In this document: positions 8,356-18,089 of the stretch, piece by piece
Numbering within the stretch: position 1 is the stretch's first letter
Layout: each line of letters opens with the position of its first letter
Virus genome (UHGV): UHGV-0196443
Source: a virus
Direction: 5' to 3' (one strand)
Length of the DNA: 38,343 nt
Program-made: the position numbers and the translations under genes
Notes under the pieces: generated by a model
Databases searched by the model: none
What the model was told of the DNA's origin: nothing
What the model saw: the letters and a program-made list of their open reading frames with translations, nothing else

Positions 8356-10208
8356 CAGAAATCACCTTCTTTCGTGATTCCGCCCACAAGAAATCCTTTT
8401 TCAAACCTTAGATTTGTCCCATTCGAAAAAACTGCAGTTCCAGTCTTTCCATAAACTCCGGGTCCAACGTTTTCCGCATCTAACAGAACCGCATCCTTCG
8501 TGATCCTTAGTAAGTTTTTGCTGTCTTCTTTGTTTCCATCGGTGAATAATAGTGCATTTCCAACATACGTCATACAAAGAACGCCCTCATCCTTTTTGTT
8601 TGAAAATAATATTGTTCCGTCCTTTATTGTCACACGCCGATTATCGCTCAAAGAATCGCAGATATATTTCCCTTCTGCGTAAATTCCATCTTTATCCAGT
8701 CTGACTATTTCTTTCCCGCTTGCATCCAGCACCCTTGCAACGCCACTATTATTGTCAAATCCTCCGATTTCCAATGTTCCACCTCTGATCCGATCAGCCA
8801 GCATTGTTCCTGCTGTGATAAAATCAGCAAAGAATCCCTGTCCTGTTCCAAAGGTGGACCAGTCCCAGTCTCTTCCATCTGCAGTTCTTTTACTGGCAAT
8901 CTCGAACCCCATTGTACCAAGGCACATTGCTCCAAACGTTTCCGACTCCGGATTCAAATCTTCAAATAAAACAGCGCGTACTTTCTGTTTTTGTGCGATG
9001 TCGGACTGTGCCCGAAACTGTGCTTTCACTCCGTTTATGATGCCGTTGACCTGTGCTCCTATCACAGTGCCATCCGGTCGGATTGCACTTTCTATCCGAT
9101 TTGACATACTTGATACATCCGCAATGAAATTATATTGAAAGTCTCCCAACACAACAGATGCAACCTCTTCATTGATGCAATCCCATTCCAGTTCTATGAC
9201 ACGTGCATCTGTTACAATATCCAGTTTGCTGTGACGACAATGTACCGTGTCTCCGATAGAAACTTCTTCCAGTTCCCGGATATCCGCGTACAATTCCGTA
9301 TCATGCAGCATAACCATATCAGCGGATATCGTAACCTTCGGCTTGTCAATTCCAGCTTCAAACTGTTCCTCGCATTTTTCTTTTAACGCATTGTTTAGTT
9401 CTTCCTGTGTATTGCAGATCACGATTCCGTTCTCTTCGTCATCTTCCGCAGCATCGGCCTTCATCTTCACATCTTCAAATGTGATCACTCCGTATTTTAT
9501 TGTTGGATATTTATCAAGCAGTGGTGAGTCCACCCACGGTTCATTCCCCTCTATCATGTATCCGTTATATGCCTTTGGTACAATCCTTGTAATGACCTCG
9601 CTGGTATCAATCTCTTCCTGCAGCCCGTTTTCCGCAATGTTTTTCCCGTATAAAACCTGCACCCCATGATCGATTCCAACTCGGTCATTGACGGTGATCG
9701 TATAATTATCAAAAAGAACCTCACCGCCCCATCTGTTCAGGAAGGAGTTCTCCTCTTCTCCGCAGATTGCTTCGATCAGGTTCTTTGTCTGGTAATATGC
9801 TGTTGATATTATTTTGATATTAGATTTTCCACTGTACTTTTTATTTGGTGCGGTCATGATGTCCAGTGCCTGCTGCCCGTTTTTTTCCGTTGGACGTATA
9901 TCCAACAGAAAACAATCATCAATCGCATCCATAAAAACCGGTTCCAGTTCTGCACTCACGCCAGCATCTGATTTTGCTTTCTTTTTGATCCGAAATAACT
10001 GTGTTCCATTGAATGACTCCAGTTTTACGACTGCGTCCTCTTCTATCCACTTCCAACGTCCCTCTTCATCGATCGGGTGCTGAATCTCCGCTTTCCAACT
10101 TCCGTTTAGTATTGCTTTTACAGAAGCGCTCTCCGGAAGTAATGGCATATCACCGTTATGTTCATAATCCGTATTTTCTGGTTTATAAAGTTCTATCCTT
10201 ATAAGCAC
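8355..10208 (-). CDS. Tail-associated endopeptidase (Tal, prophage tail endopeptidase family)
   Basis: 617 aa, immediately downstream of Dit. Size, position and beta-rich composition fit Tal of Gram-positive siphoviruses. Start overlaps the Dit stop. Confidence 0.7.
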   Translation of the reverse strand: MLIRIELYKPENTDYEHNGDMPLLPESASVKAILNGSWKAEIQHPIDEEGRWKWIEEDAVVKLESFNGTQLFRIKKKAKSDAGVSAELEPVFMDAIDDCFLLDIRPTEKNGQQALDIMTAPNKKYSGKSNIKIISTAYYQTKNLIEAICGEEENSFLNRWGGEVLFDNYTITVNDRVGIDHGVQVLYGKNIAENGLQEEIDTSEVITRIVPKAYNGYMIEGNEPWVDSPLLDKYPTIKYGVITFEDVKMKADAAEDDEENGIVICNTQEELNNALKEKCEEQFEAGIDKPKVTISADMVMLHDTELYADIRELEEVSIGDTVHCRHSKLDIVTDARVIELEWDCINEEVASVVLGDFQYNFIADVSSMSNRIESAIRPDGTVIGAQVNGIINGVKAQFRAQSDIAQKQKVRAVLFEDLNPESETFGAMCLGTMGFEIASKRTADGRDWDWSTFGTGQGFFADFITAGTMLADRIRGGTLEIGGFDNNSGVARVLDASGKEIVRLDKDGIYAEGKYICDSLSDNRRVTIKDGTILFSNKKDEGVLCMTYVGNALLFTDGNKEDSKNLLRITKDAVLLDAENVGPGVYGKTGTAVFSNGTNLRFEKGFLVGGITKEGDF

Positions 10209-10897
10209 CTCCAGTTCGGAATCACTTTCAGATCAAATCCTCTTGAGATATACACGGTATTCTCTCCCGGTAAAAGATGTAGTTCTGCATAATCTCCATA
10301 CACAGATGTGTTCATCAATTTTCCATCTTTTCTGTATGCCATCAGCCTGTCTGTATCAATCACCAGATTCTGGCCAACATTCGCTTTCATTTGACTTCCG
10401 TTTACCTGCAGGATGCACTCACCTTCACCTGTGATCAAATAGACTGGTCTTGATCTGTCATATGGATTGTAAAACACCTCTTCCGGTGTATATTCTGCTT
10501 TTCCATCTGTTCGATATCGGTATCCCTCACACGTAAATTCTACATCAAACTCTCCGACCTCTATTACTTGCCGTTCTGCCGCATTGATCTTAGTATGTTT
10601 TACATGATAGAAGTACTCCAGTTCATCGCTTAAAATCAGTTCTGTATCATCTTTTCTCATGAGCCATCTTCTCGCAGTCCGAAATCGCTCCTGCCACCTT
10701 TGAGGATTTTCTGCAAATGTAAATGGAACTGTGATTGTAATGTCGCTCACAGTTCCATCTTCTTTGAATATGCTCCCATCTCTTCCCGGTATGTTCAATT
10801 CCGTATAGTTATACTCTGCCGAAGGGATAGACGGTCTTTCTCGTACAAGTATTCCTATTTCTGTATTTGTATGGCCGTTTCTGATAATTTCATACAT
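10199..10897 (-). CDS. Distal tail protein (Dit; siphovirus tail component family)
   Basis: 232 aa directly after TMP. MYEIIRNGHTNTE...ELNIPGRDGS is typical of Dit N-termini. Confidence 0.72.
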   Translation of the reverse strand: MYEIIRNGHTNTEIGILVRERPSIPSAEYNYTELNIPGRDGSIFKEDGTVSDITITVPFTFAENPQRWQERFRTARRWLMRKDDTELILSDELEYFYHVKHTKINAAERQVIEVGEFDVEFTCEGYRYRTDGKAEYTPEEVFYNPYDRSRPVYLITGEGECILQVNGSQMKANVGQNLVIDTDRLMAYRKDGKLMNTSVYGDYAELHLLPGENTVYISRGFDLKVIPNWRCL

Positions 10898-13800
10898 TTA
10901 CCGTCTCCCCTTTCCTCTTTTTGCGTGATGTACTTGAGATGTAAATCCTTTTTTGGCTGTTTCTACAATATAAGAATCAAGCTTTTGATTTCCAATTTGC
11001 ACACCGACATTATTGTTCAAAACAATGTTAGTCTGTGTAGCACTTGCCAGAGCTGGAGTTCCTCCGTACATACTCTCACTCATCGTCTTGGCAACTCTTT
11101 TTACCGCATTGGAAACCTTGTACACATTCTCATTGATTCCTTTTACCATTCCATCGATAAAATCCGGCATCCATGTTTCATAATCTCTCAAAGGACCTTC
11201 ATCTGGTCTTGAAAAATGTAAGAAAGATCGAATCTTATCTCCGATCCCTTTTACTGCATCCACAATCCCACGAACTCCAGATAAAATTCCTTCTGTTAAT
11301 CCGTGAATGAAATCAGCACCCCACTCCTTCGCATTGTCTATCCACCCGGAAATCGTAGATCCTATTTTGTCAAAAATATTACTTACAATTTGTGGTAGTT
11401 CCTGAATTGTATTTTTGATTCCATCACGCAAGGCCTCAAACCCACTGATTGCAGAATTTCTCGCGTTGTCCACCGTAGTTTTTATTGTATTTTGAATATT
11501 GTTCCATATATTCGACATGGATTCCTGAATATTGCTTCCTATTCTTTCAGCTGTATTTTGTATGCTGTTCCAAATATTTTCTAACTGTGTTTTCAATGCA
11601 TTCAGCAATGTAGATACAATTTCATTTGTCATCTCTACTTTGGTTAAGATTACTGTTTTTATCGCATCCCAGAAATTTTCCGTAATGCTTTGAATTGCAG
11701 TCCATATATTTGTAAATGCATTTTTGATATTGTTCAAAATATTCTCAAGATCGGATTTTAATCTTTCAAAATCTCCGGTCACAAGATCGATCAAAAGAAG
11801 AACTGGAGCCAATGTTGCATTTTTGATAAATTCCCAAGTATTCTCAGCCAACATTTTTATTCCAGTCCAGATTCCACCTAAATCTTCTTTTAGCCGTTCG
11901 AAAGAATCTTTGATAATCGATATCAATTCTTTGATAATCGGAATTTCCATGATACTTGTCCATACAGATTCAAACTTTGCCTGTACACTATCCCATATAC
12001 CACTCCACCATGCCGGTATTCCTTGAAAGAACGATACCATCTCATTCCATGCATTGGGAATCGTTTCTGTAAAAAATTCTACAATTCCATCCCATGCTGC
12101 AAAAAATCCGTCTTTGATTGCCTTTAAAATCCCGTTCACACCATCCCGGAACCACTCGCATTTATTGTATAAAGCAACCAATATCACTATAATTGCCGTT
12201 ATAGCCGCAATTACAGGATGTGCCGTTATTATTCCAAGTAACCCCGTTACTGCCGTTTTAATTCCACCGATCAGATTTGTCACCACTCCTCCAATTCCAG
12301 ATAATTTCGACAGCTTACCTGCTACCGCAGATATCCCGAGTGATATCTGGCCGATTACCATCAGTAGTGGTCCTAATGCTGCAACCAGAATTCCGACTAC
12401 TACAATCACCTGTTGCACGCCTTCCGGTAGTGCTGAAAATTTATTGACAAGTGCGGTAATAAGTTCTGCTACCTTCTGGACAATTGGTGCCAGTGTATCT
12501 CCAATCTGAATCGCTGCGGTTTCCAGAGATCCTTTTAATTCCTCGATTGCTCTTGATCCATCACTCATCTGAGAATTTGCCAGCCTTTGTGCTGCCTCCT
12601 GATCATTTGCCGCATCGATATATTTTTGAAGCCCCTCAGTCCCGCTATCCATCATCACAGTAGCAGCACGCATTGCATCGGACCCGAAGATTGCTGATAA
12701 TGCTGCATCCCTCGAAGCAGCATCCAATCCGCCTAGTTTGTCTTGCAATTCTTGAGCCATTTCAGCAGCTCCCAGAAGATTTCCACTGGCATCTCTCGTT
12801 TTAATGCCCAATGTTTCTATTTTTGTTGCTGCTGCTTCCGATGTTGGTGCCGCCAGCCTCTGGAGCATGGTTTTTAAAGATGTTCCAGCATCGCTTCCCT
12901 CGATTCCGGCATCTGCAAAACGAGCCAAAACCGCTGTTGTTTCCTGTATAGACCATCCTGCGTTTTTTGCTCCTGCAGAACACTGTGCCAGTGCCTGTGT
13001 GAGAGGTTCTACATCCGTAGAAGATGCAGCTGCTGACCCGGCCAAAGCGTTTGCCGCTTCTGCAGACTCATTCGCAGACAGACCAAACGCTCCCATTGCC
13101 TGTACAACAACATTTGCTGCCTCTCCAAGATCCATCCCGGAAGATGCCGCAAGGTCCATTGTAGTTTTTAATGCCCCTGCTTTAATGTCAGCTTCTGTCA
13201 AACCACCTTTTGCCAGTTCTGTGATCGCATTTCCTGCATCAGTTGCAGAAAAGACTGTATCCTGTCCGGTCTGGATTGCAAGCTGTCTTAGATCTTCCAT
13301 TTCAGACATGGGCTTATCAAGTGCTCCTGCCGCCTGACTCATTGCATCGTTGAAATTATTTGCCATAACAGTGGATGCCGCCCCTACACCAGTCAGTGCC
13401 CCCGTTACCGGCAGCAAGGATTGTCCCACTCCTTTGACCTTATTTCCAAACTCTCCTGATACCGCAGATACTTTTGCAAGATTCGCACTTGCACTTCCTG
13501 TAGTCTCTTTTAGTGATTTCAGTTTCTGTTCTGTCTCAACAATCTCTCTTTGAAGAGAATCGAATCCTTCTGGACTGATCGGCTGTCCAAATTCATCATC
13601 TACTTGCTTTTTCTGTGCTTTCAATTCTTTCAGTCTATCAGACGATTGGTCGACCTCTGTCTGTAGTTTTTTGTACTCTTCCGTATCAATCTGACCACTC
13701 TCTTCCATAGACTTCATGCTCTTTTTGAGCTTGTCCATTTTTTCGTTGGTCTTTACAATCTCCTCTTGAATCGGAGTATACGCCTCTTTCCAAGCATCAT

Positions 13801-14011
13801 AATTTCCGGCGGTTTTTGCTGCCTGTTCGCTTGCCTGTTTTAAAGTTTCCAGCCTGTTTTTCGTTTCACTGATCGACTGCTGCAGCAACTTCTGCTTCTG
13901 ATTCAGCAATTCCGTATTCGTGGGATCCAGCTTCAGCAATTTATTGACATCTTTTAATGACTGTTCTACACCGTATAGTTTTTTGTCAACACCGGACAGT
14001 GCCTTTTCCAA
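10898..14011 (-). CDS. Tail tape measure protein
   Basis: 1037 aa. Long N-terminal coiled coils, central TM-rich segment and C-terminal helical repeats. Apparent TTG start, with no in-frame ATG/GTG before it. Confidence 0.9.
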   Translation of the reverse strand: MEKALSGVDKKLYGVEQSLKDVNKLLKLDPTNTELLNQKQKLLQQSISETKNRLETLKQASEQAAKTAGNYDAWKEAYTPIQEEIVKTNEKMDKLKKSMKSMEESGQIDTEEYKKLQTEVDQSSDRLKELKAQKKQVDDEFGQPISPEGFDSLQREIVETEQKLKSLKETTGSASANLAKVSAVSGEFGNKVKGVGQSLLPVTGALTGVGAASTVMANNFNDAMSQAAGALDKPMSEMEDLRQLAIQTGQDTVFSATDAGNAITELAKGGLTEADIKAGALKTTMDLAASSGMDLGEAANVVVQAMGAFGLSANESAEAANALAGSAAASSTDVEPLTQALAQCSAGAKNAGWSIQETTAVLARFADAGIEGSDAGTSLKTMLQRLAAPTSEAAATKIETLGIKTRDASGNLLGAAEMAQELQDKLGGLDAASRDAALSAIFGSDAMRAATVMMDSGTEGLQKYIDAANDQEAAQRLANSQMSDGSRAIEELKGSLETAAIQIGDTLAPIVQKVAELITALVNKFSALPEGVQQVIVVVGILVAALGPLLMVIGQISLGISAVAGKLSKLSGIGGVVTNLIGGIKTAVTGLLGIITAHPVIAAITAIIVILVALYNKCEWFRDGVNGILKAIKDGFFAAWDGIVEFFTETIPNAWNEMVSFFQGIPAWWSGIWDSVQAKFESVWTSIMEIPIIKELISIIKDSFERLKEDLGGIWTGIKMLAENTWEFIKNATLAPVLLLIDLVTGDFERLKSDLENILNNIKNAFTNIWTAIQSITENFWDAIKTVILTKVEMTNEIVSTLLNALKTQLENIWNSIQNTAERIGSNIQESMSNIWNNIQNTIKTTVDNARNSAISGFEALRDGIKNTIQELPQIVSNIFDKIGSTISGWIDNAKEWGADFIHGLTEGILSGVRGIVDAVKGIGDKIRSFLHFSRPDEGPLRDYETWMPDFIDGMVKGINENVYKVSNAVKRVAKTMSESMYGGTPALASATQTNIVLNNNVGVQIGNQKLDSYIVETAKKGFTSQVHHAKRGKGRR

Positions 14012-14080
14012 CTTGGAAGTATCACCGCCAATCTCTATGGTAATTCCTTTTATTCTGCTCCCTGCCCTTACATCCCTCCT

Positions 14081-14673
14081 TTACAGTGCATCAATATCCG
14101 CCTGTGTTGCAATTTTCGGATAATCATACTCATCATTCTTCATTTCGATAAACATATCGTTGATCATTCCAATGCTTAACAGGTCTAAATCAGAAATAGA
14201 AATACCGCATTGTGCACATCGAAGCATAAACAATGCGGTATTGACCTCACGATCTATTTCCCTCTCTTTTTTTTTGGAACTGACATCTGTTTATTTTCTG
14301 ATTTCCACATTTCCATGATTTCCGGCAAAATCTCATAGATATCAAATGTCTCGAACTGATCCAACCACTCGTTGATATCGTCCGGCTGGTCAGGATCGCC
14401 ATGTTTATGCATCAGAAATGCAATGTTTTCAAACATTTCCAGTGATTCGATCGGGATTCCGCTTTCAAACTTACTTTCATCAAATTCTGTACCTTCTTTT
14501 ACGCATTTTTTCTGCATCTCGTCTTTGAGTTTTTCCTGGATCTTGATCTGCTTTTCAATTTTCTGCATATCTACAAAAATATCTCTCCCAAATTTCAGTC
14601 GATAAATCCGGGGGATTGCGGCAGAACTTTTGAATTTATATTCTGTTCCATTGATTGTGATCGTCTTTCTCAT
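14081..14673 (-). CDS. Tail assembly chaperone GT-like fusion via programmed -1 frameshift (predicted)
   Basis: The -1 frame is open from the slippery site for about 63 codons (ERE...MLRCAQCGISISDLDLL...DIDAL) down to the TAA at 14081. An 11-bp perfect stem (14202-14212 / 14231-14241) lies 22 nt downstream of the slip site. This is the canonical G/GT arrangement upstream of TMP. Confidence 0.45.
14254..14673 (-). CDS. Tail assembly chaperone (G-like)
   Basis: 139 aa acidic protein between the major tail protein and TMP. Its 3' end carries a C CAA AAA AAA G run containing the slippery heptamer A_AAA_AAG (plus 14264-14277). Confidence 0.65.
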   Translation of the reverse strand: MRKTITINGTEYKFKSSAAIPRIYRLKFGRDIFVDMQKIEKQIKIQEKLKDEMQKKCVKEGTEFDESKFESGIPIESLEMFENIAFLMHKHGDPDQPDDINEWLDQFETFDIYEILPEIMEMWKSENKQMSVPKKKRGK

Positions 14674-14685
14674 CCTGTTCTCCTT

Positions 14686-15222
14686 TTATGCTGCAACTTC
14701 CTGATCTGGAATGTACACCTTATCAAACCATTTTTCGTATAAGTCATCTGTTGTATCTGCTGTTGTCTTTGCCCGAACTGCCATTTTCTTAGCTGTTCCA
14801 AGTTGTACAGCGGATGCAGAAACTGTGACAGTGTCAGTTGTAGGTTCAATCGCGTCCTCTGTTGTGCTGGATTCTGTTGTAGGACGTGTAGAGGTACAGC
14901 AATAGAACCAGAACCGTGTTCCCCTCACATCTCCGTCAATTTCAAATCCCAGCGCAAACCGTTTTACTTTTGCAGTCGCTTCCTCCAGCATGACTTTGTT
15001 CTTGTCAATGTATTCGCTCAAAATCTTTTCCCGGAACTCATCCGTGATCAGCGCCATTTCCCAGTCTCCCTCATATCCGCTATTGGAAGAAGAAACATAA
15101 TACTTGATTCCATCCGCATAAAACGGTGTCAGTTCTCCCTGTGCTTCCAGTGAAAGCGATACGGATCCAGGTACCGCAAACGGTGTATCAAATGTAATTT
15201 CTCCCGTGTCACTTTCCTGCAA
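14686..15222 (-). CDS. Major tail protein
   Basis: 178 aa immediately upstream of the chaperone genes. T/S-rich, beta-rich composition. Start appears to be TTG at 15222 (no in-frame ATG upstream). Confidence 0.7.
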   Translation of the reverse strand: MQESDTGEITFDTPFAVPGSVSLSLEAQGELTPFYADGIKYYVSSSNSGYEGDWEMALITDEFREKILSEYIDKNKVMLEEATAKVKRFALGFEIDGDVRGTRFWFYCCTSTRPTTESSTTEDAIEPTTDTVTVSASAVQLGTAKKMAVRAKTTADTTDDLYEKWFDKVYIPDQEVAA

Positions 15223-15294
15223 AAGCGCAACATGCGCATTATGGATATTGAATTTGACTTTATCCTTTTTTGTTGCCTGTCTTTCTTTCCTTAC

Positions 15295-15612
15295 TTAGCC
15301 CTCCACTTCATATAATACTTCATACATATTTTCTGATTTAATATACTGTTCACTTTTCTGCCAGAAGAGATCTGCTGCATCAAGTGCCGCTTCTACACGT
15401 TCTTCCAGTTCAAAGTCCTTTTCATCTGTGTACAGTTCAATATCAACTTTGTTTGATTTAAAATATACCTTCCCATCTGCGGAAAAATTTCTCGTTTCCG
15501 GAATCAACCAGCAAATAAAAGGAGGATTCACTGCCTCACGTTCTTCGAAATGATGATACCGATATTCAATTTCCAGTACATCCAGAATTGCTTCTATCCT
15601 CTCCCTTGTCAT
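15295..15612 (-). CDS. Putative tail terminator / tail-completion protein
   Basis: 105 aa, placed between the HK97-gp10-like gene and the major tail protein. Call is by position only. Confidence 0.35.
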   Translation of the reverse strand: MTRERIEAILDVLEIEYRYHHFEEREAVNPPFICWLIPETRNFSADGKVYFKSNKVDIELYTDEKDFELEERVEAALDAADLFWQKSEQYIKSENMYEVLYEVEG

Positions 15613-15992
15613 AAATATCGTTCTATCCTTTCCTGTAAAATTTCCTTTGCGTGCTTTTCTGCAATTTTGATATGCGGGATCCCGTCCACTCTTCCACCAT
15701 TCCTCTTTGCGTGTCCTTTTTCCAGCAAATGTGTAATTCGGTATTCCGGCTTTTTGGAATATACCACCATATCATAGCGGTGCCTTCCACTCAAATTTTT
15801 GTCTCGTTTATAGCTCCAGTGCTTTGCATATTCACCGGTATCTCCTTCCGGTGATATGGAACGTAATTCCGCAGCTGTCTGCTTCGCCGTCTCTTTCACT
15901 GCCTTTTCCACGGCTTCCTGTACATCCTCACGATACGCATCTAACTCCTGCATGACTTCGATTGCTAACTGATCAATATTAATTTTCGGCAT
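15609..15992 (-). CDS. HK97 gp10-like head-tail joining protein
   Basis: 127 aa. Position and KHWSYKRD...YSKKPEY pattern resemble the gp10 family. Overlaps neighbours by 4 nt and 14 nt. Confidence 0.5.
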   Translation of the reverse strand: MPKINIDQLAIEVMQELDAYREDVQEAVEKAVKETAKQTAAELRSISPEGDTGEYAKHWSYKRDKNLSGRHRYDMVVYSKKPEYRITHLLEKGHAKRNGGRVDGIPHIKIAEKHAKEILQERIERYL

Positions 15993-16413
15993 TGTCTCTC
16001 ACATCCTCATAAGTCGTTACTACCCTTTCCAGAGAAAGCAATAAACAGGGTGGCGTTTCATCGTATTTATTCTGGATCTGTATGATCTTGTACTGCTTTT
16101 CTCTGATTATGCAGATGTCCATCGTAGAAATGTCTTCTACCGGCAAAATTGCAACTACTTCGTCAATCTGATTGGATAATACCTTTGCCTCATAAAACCG
16201 TTTGATTCCTACTGTCCGAAACCCAAACCGGATTCCACAATGCTTTGTTTCTACAATTTTTCGCCCTTTCACGCTGCAGATATCCAACATTCCGTCATTA
16301 AATGTGACAAATTTTGTATCTTTACGTCTTGGCATCACAACCACCTGCTTTCCTCTGAAAACTGCGCATCTGCAGGGATATGATTTCTGATTTATAATTT
16401 TGAATAAACTCAT
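15979..16413 (-). CDS. Head closure / head-tail adaptor protein (Phage_H_T_join-like)
   Basis: 144 aa in the track. True start is probably the internal MPRRKDTKFVTF (about 118 aa), because the N-terminus overlaps the upstream gene. Confidence 0.5.
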   Translation of the reverse strand: MSLFKIINQKSYPCRCAVFRGKQVVVMPRRKDTKFVTFNDGMLDICSVKGRKIVETKHCGIRFGFRTVGIKRFYEAKVLSNQIDEVVAILPVEDISTMDICIIREKQYKIIQIQNKYDETPPCLLLSLERVVTTYEDVRDNAEN

Positions 16414-16618
16414 CTACCTGACCGGCTCTTGCATACATGCAGTAATTTAAGAGTAGCTCTTTTTCTTGTGTTTCGCTTTCAAAATCACAAAATCCTATTT
16501 TGCCCTCAAGGTACGCTTTTCCTCTCTCTACGATACCAGAGAGCTTTTTACGCTCCCTGATATCCATATCCCATGTAATATCCAGAAAATTCTTCACATC
16601 TTCTAACAGATCGCTCAT
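16322..16618 (-). CDS. Head-tail connector protein (gp6-like)
   Basis: 98 aa directly after the capsid gene. MSDLLEDVKNFLDITWDMDI... resembles gp6-like connectors. Confidence 0.6.
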   Translation of the reverse strand: MSDLLEDVKNFLDITWDMDIRERKKLSGIVERGKAYLEGKIGFCDFESETQEKELLLNYCMYARAGQVDEFIQNYKSEIISLQMRSFQRKAGGCDAKT

Positions 16619-16620
16619 GA

Positions 16621-18066
16621 TTATGCCTCATTCTTTGTTACAGTCACCTGATATGTCTTGGTTGTCTTTCCATCTGTCACTTTTGCTTTTACTACATTTC
16701 CTGCGCCGGAAGCCCATGTAACTCTGCTGCCGTTTGCAATCGGTTTGTCATTGTATGTCAATTCCAGTTCTGCAGTGCTGTCTGCGATTACCGCCTGCAC
16801 CGTGTTTGATGCGTCTGTTGTTGTCAGGGTGTATGTCAATTCTCCTTCTGTAAATTCTGGTGTCAGCGTGTGTCCACCCACCTTAAAATCTGCAAGATTT
16901 GCATTTTCCACATTTTCTACACTTGGAACAACTTCCACTTCATAATGCGCTGGCTGTAGATCACTGATGTTCAAAAGCATGAAGGCATTATCATCTACTG
17001 CAAATCCATGACCATACATTTTGATCAGGTAAACCCTCTCATCTTCCAGGAATCTGTAATCATCTGAATACAAGATTCTTCCGTTATTTTCGATTCCAGC
17101 TCCCATGAGGTAAAGCTTTGCCATACCAAATACAGCCTTTCCGACTCCTACCGCCGGAGACTGGATCACATCGATTGGGAATGGCAGTGTACTTACATAT
17201 CCACCGCCCGGCGCCGGTCTCTGTGTTGCCGGCAGGACTTTACTGAAATAATCTGACGGATTTACCACCAGAATCAGTGTGTCTACGGTTCTTGCCTGTC
17301 CTTTTTCATTGATTGCCAGAACAGATGCCAATTTTCCAAGCTGCACATCATTAAACTTTGTAACCTTTACTGCTTTTTTATCTGGATATACTCCACCCTT
17401 GATCGTAACAGAGTCTCCCACCTGTTTTGTCATACCGATTGGCATGTCTTTTCCAGTTCCATTGATGATACCGTCTTCCAATCCATTTGCAAGCGCTTCA
17501 TACAGAACCTGTCTCACATAAGCATCCAACCATTCTGGCCCCAGATCCAACATTGCTTTACACACCGGAAGAAATGCGGACAGTTTACTCAGTGTCACAT
17601 CTACCTCTTTAAATCCGGATGTCAGCTCCTGGATGATCTCTGCGCAAAGTTTTCCCCATGCTGCTTTCTGATATCCATTCGTATTCATCATCATTCGTGT
17701 CAACCCTGTTACGGATGTAAACTGGATTTTGGACAACAGCGGATGATCTGTTTTCAAATCTTCGAATACTTTGTCAATTACGGTATATGGCATTACCACA
17801 TCCAGATTTTCTACTGCCTGTTTCGGATTCGGTGCTTTCATGGCTTCTGCCAGTTTCTGATAATATTCTTTTTCTTTGGATGTCAGCTGTCTTACGCCGC
17901 GCTCAGACAGAATTCTCTGATCTGCTTCTTCTACGATTCCCCGTGCCTGTTCTATGACACTTTCCTGAATCTTATCGCACAGCTCCACAAACGCTGCCTG
18001 GAACTGCTCTGCATCTCCGGCTGTGATTGCCTCATTCATCTTCTGTACGATTGCTGTTTTTTCCAT
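16621..18066 (-). CDS. Major capsid protein (HK97 fold) with N-terminal delta/scaffold-like domain and C-terminal Ig-like domain
   Basis: 481 aa following the prohead protease. Helical N-terminal roughly 100 aa. C-terminal T/V-rich beta domain (TYQVTVTKNEA) resembles a Big_2 decoration domain. Confidence 0.85.
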   Translation of the reverse strand: MEKTAIVQKMNEAITAGDAEQFQAAFVELCDKIQESVIEQARGIVEEADQRILSERGVRQLTSKEKEYYQKLAEAMKAPNPKQAVENLDVVMPYTVIDKVFEDLKTDHPLLSKIQFTSVTGLTRMMMNTNGYQKAAWGKLCAEIIQELTSGFKEVDVTLSKLSAFLPVCKAMLDLGPEWLDAYVRQVLYEALANGLEDGIINGTGKDMPIGMTKQVGDSVTIKGGVYPDKKAVKVTKFNDVQLGKLASVLAINEKGQARTVDTLILVVNPSDYFSKVLPATQRPAPGGGYVSTLPFPIDVIQSPAVGVGKAVFGMAKLYLMGAGIENNGRILYSDDYRFLEDERVYLIKMYGHGFAVDDNAFMLLNISDLQPAHYEVEVVPSVENVENANLADFKVGGHTLTPEFTEGELTYTLTTTDASNTVQAVIADSTAELELTYNDKPIANGSRVTWASGAGNVVKAKVTDGKTTKTYQVTVTKNEA

Positions 18067-18089
18067 TTCTAATACATCTAAATTTTTCC

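Noticed and set aside
12054-13553. Plus-strand track ORFs (151, 177 and 67 aa) inside the tape measure gene
   Set aside because: They lie entirely antisense within a well-supported 1037-aa minus-strand CDS. They are Ala/Ser/Pro-rich mirror-frame artefacts with no RBS.
14011-14081. AGGAGGG-ATG-TAA start-stop mini-ORF between the T extension and TMP as an independent feature
   Set aside because: Seen in the sequence but could be coincidental. Mentioned under the frameshift finding rather than called as a feature.
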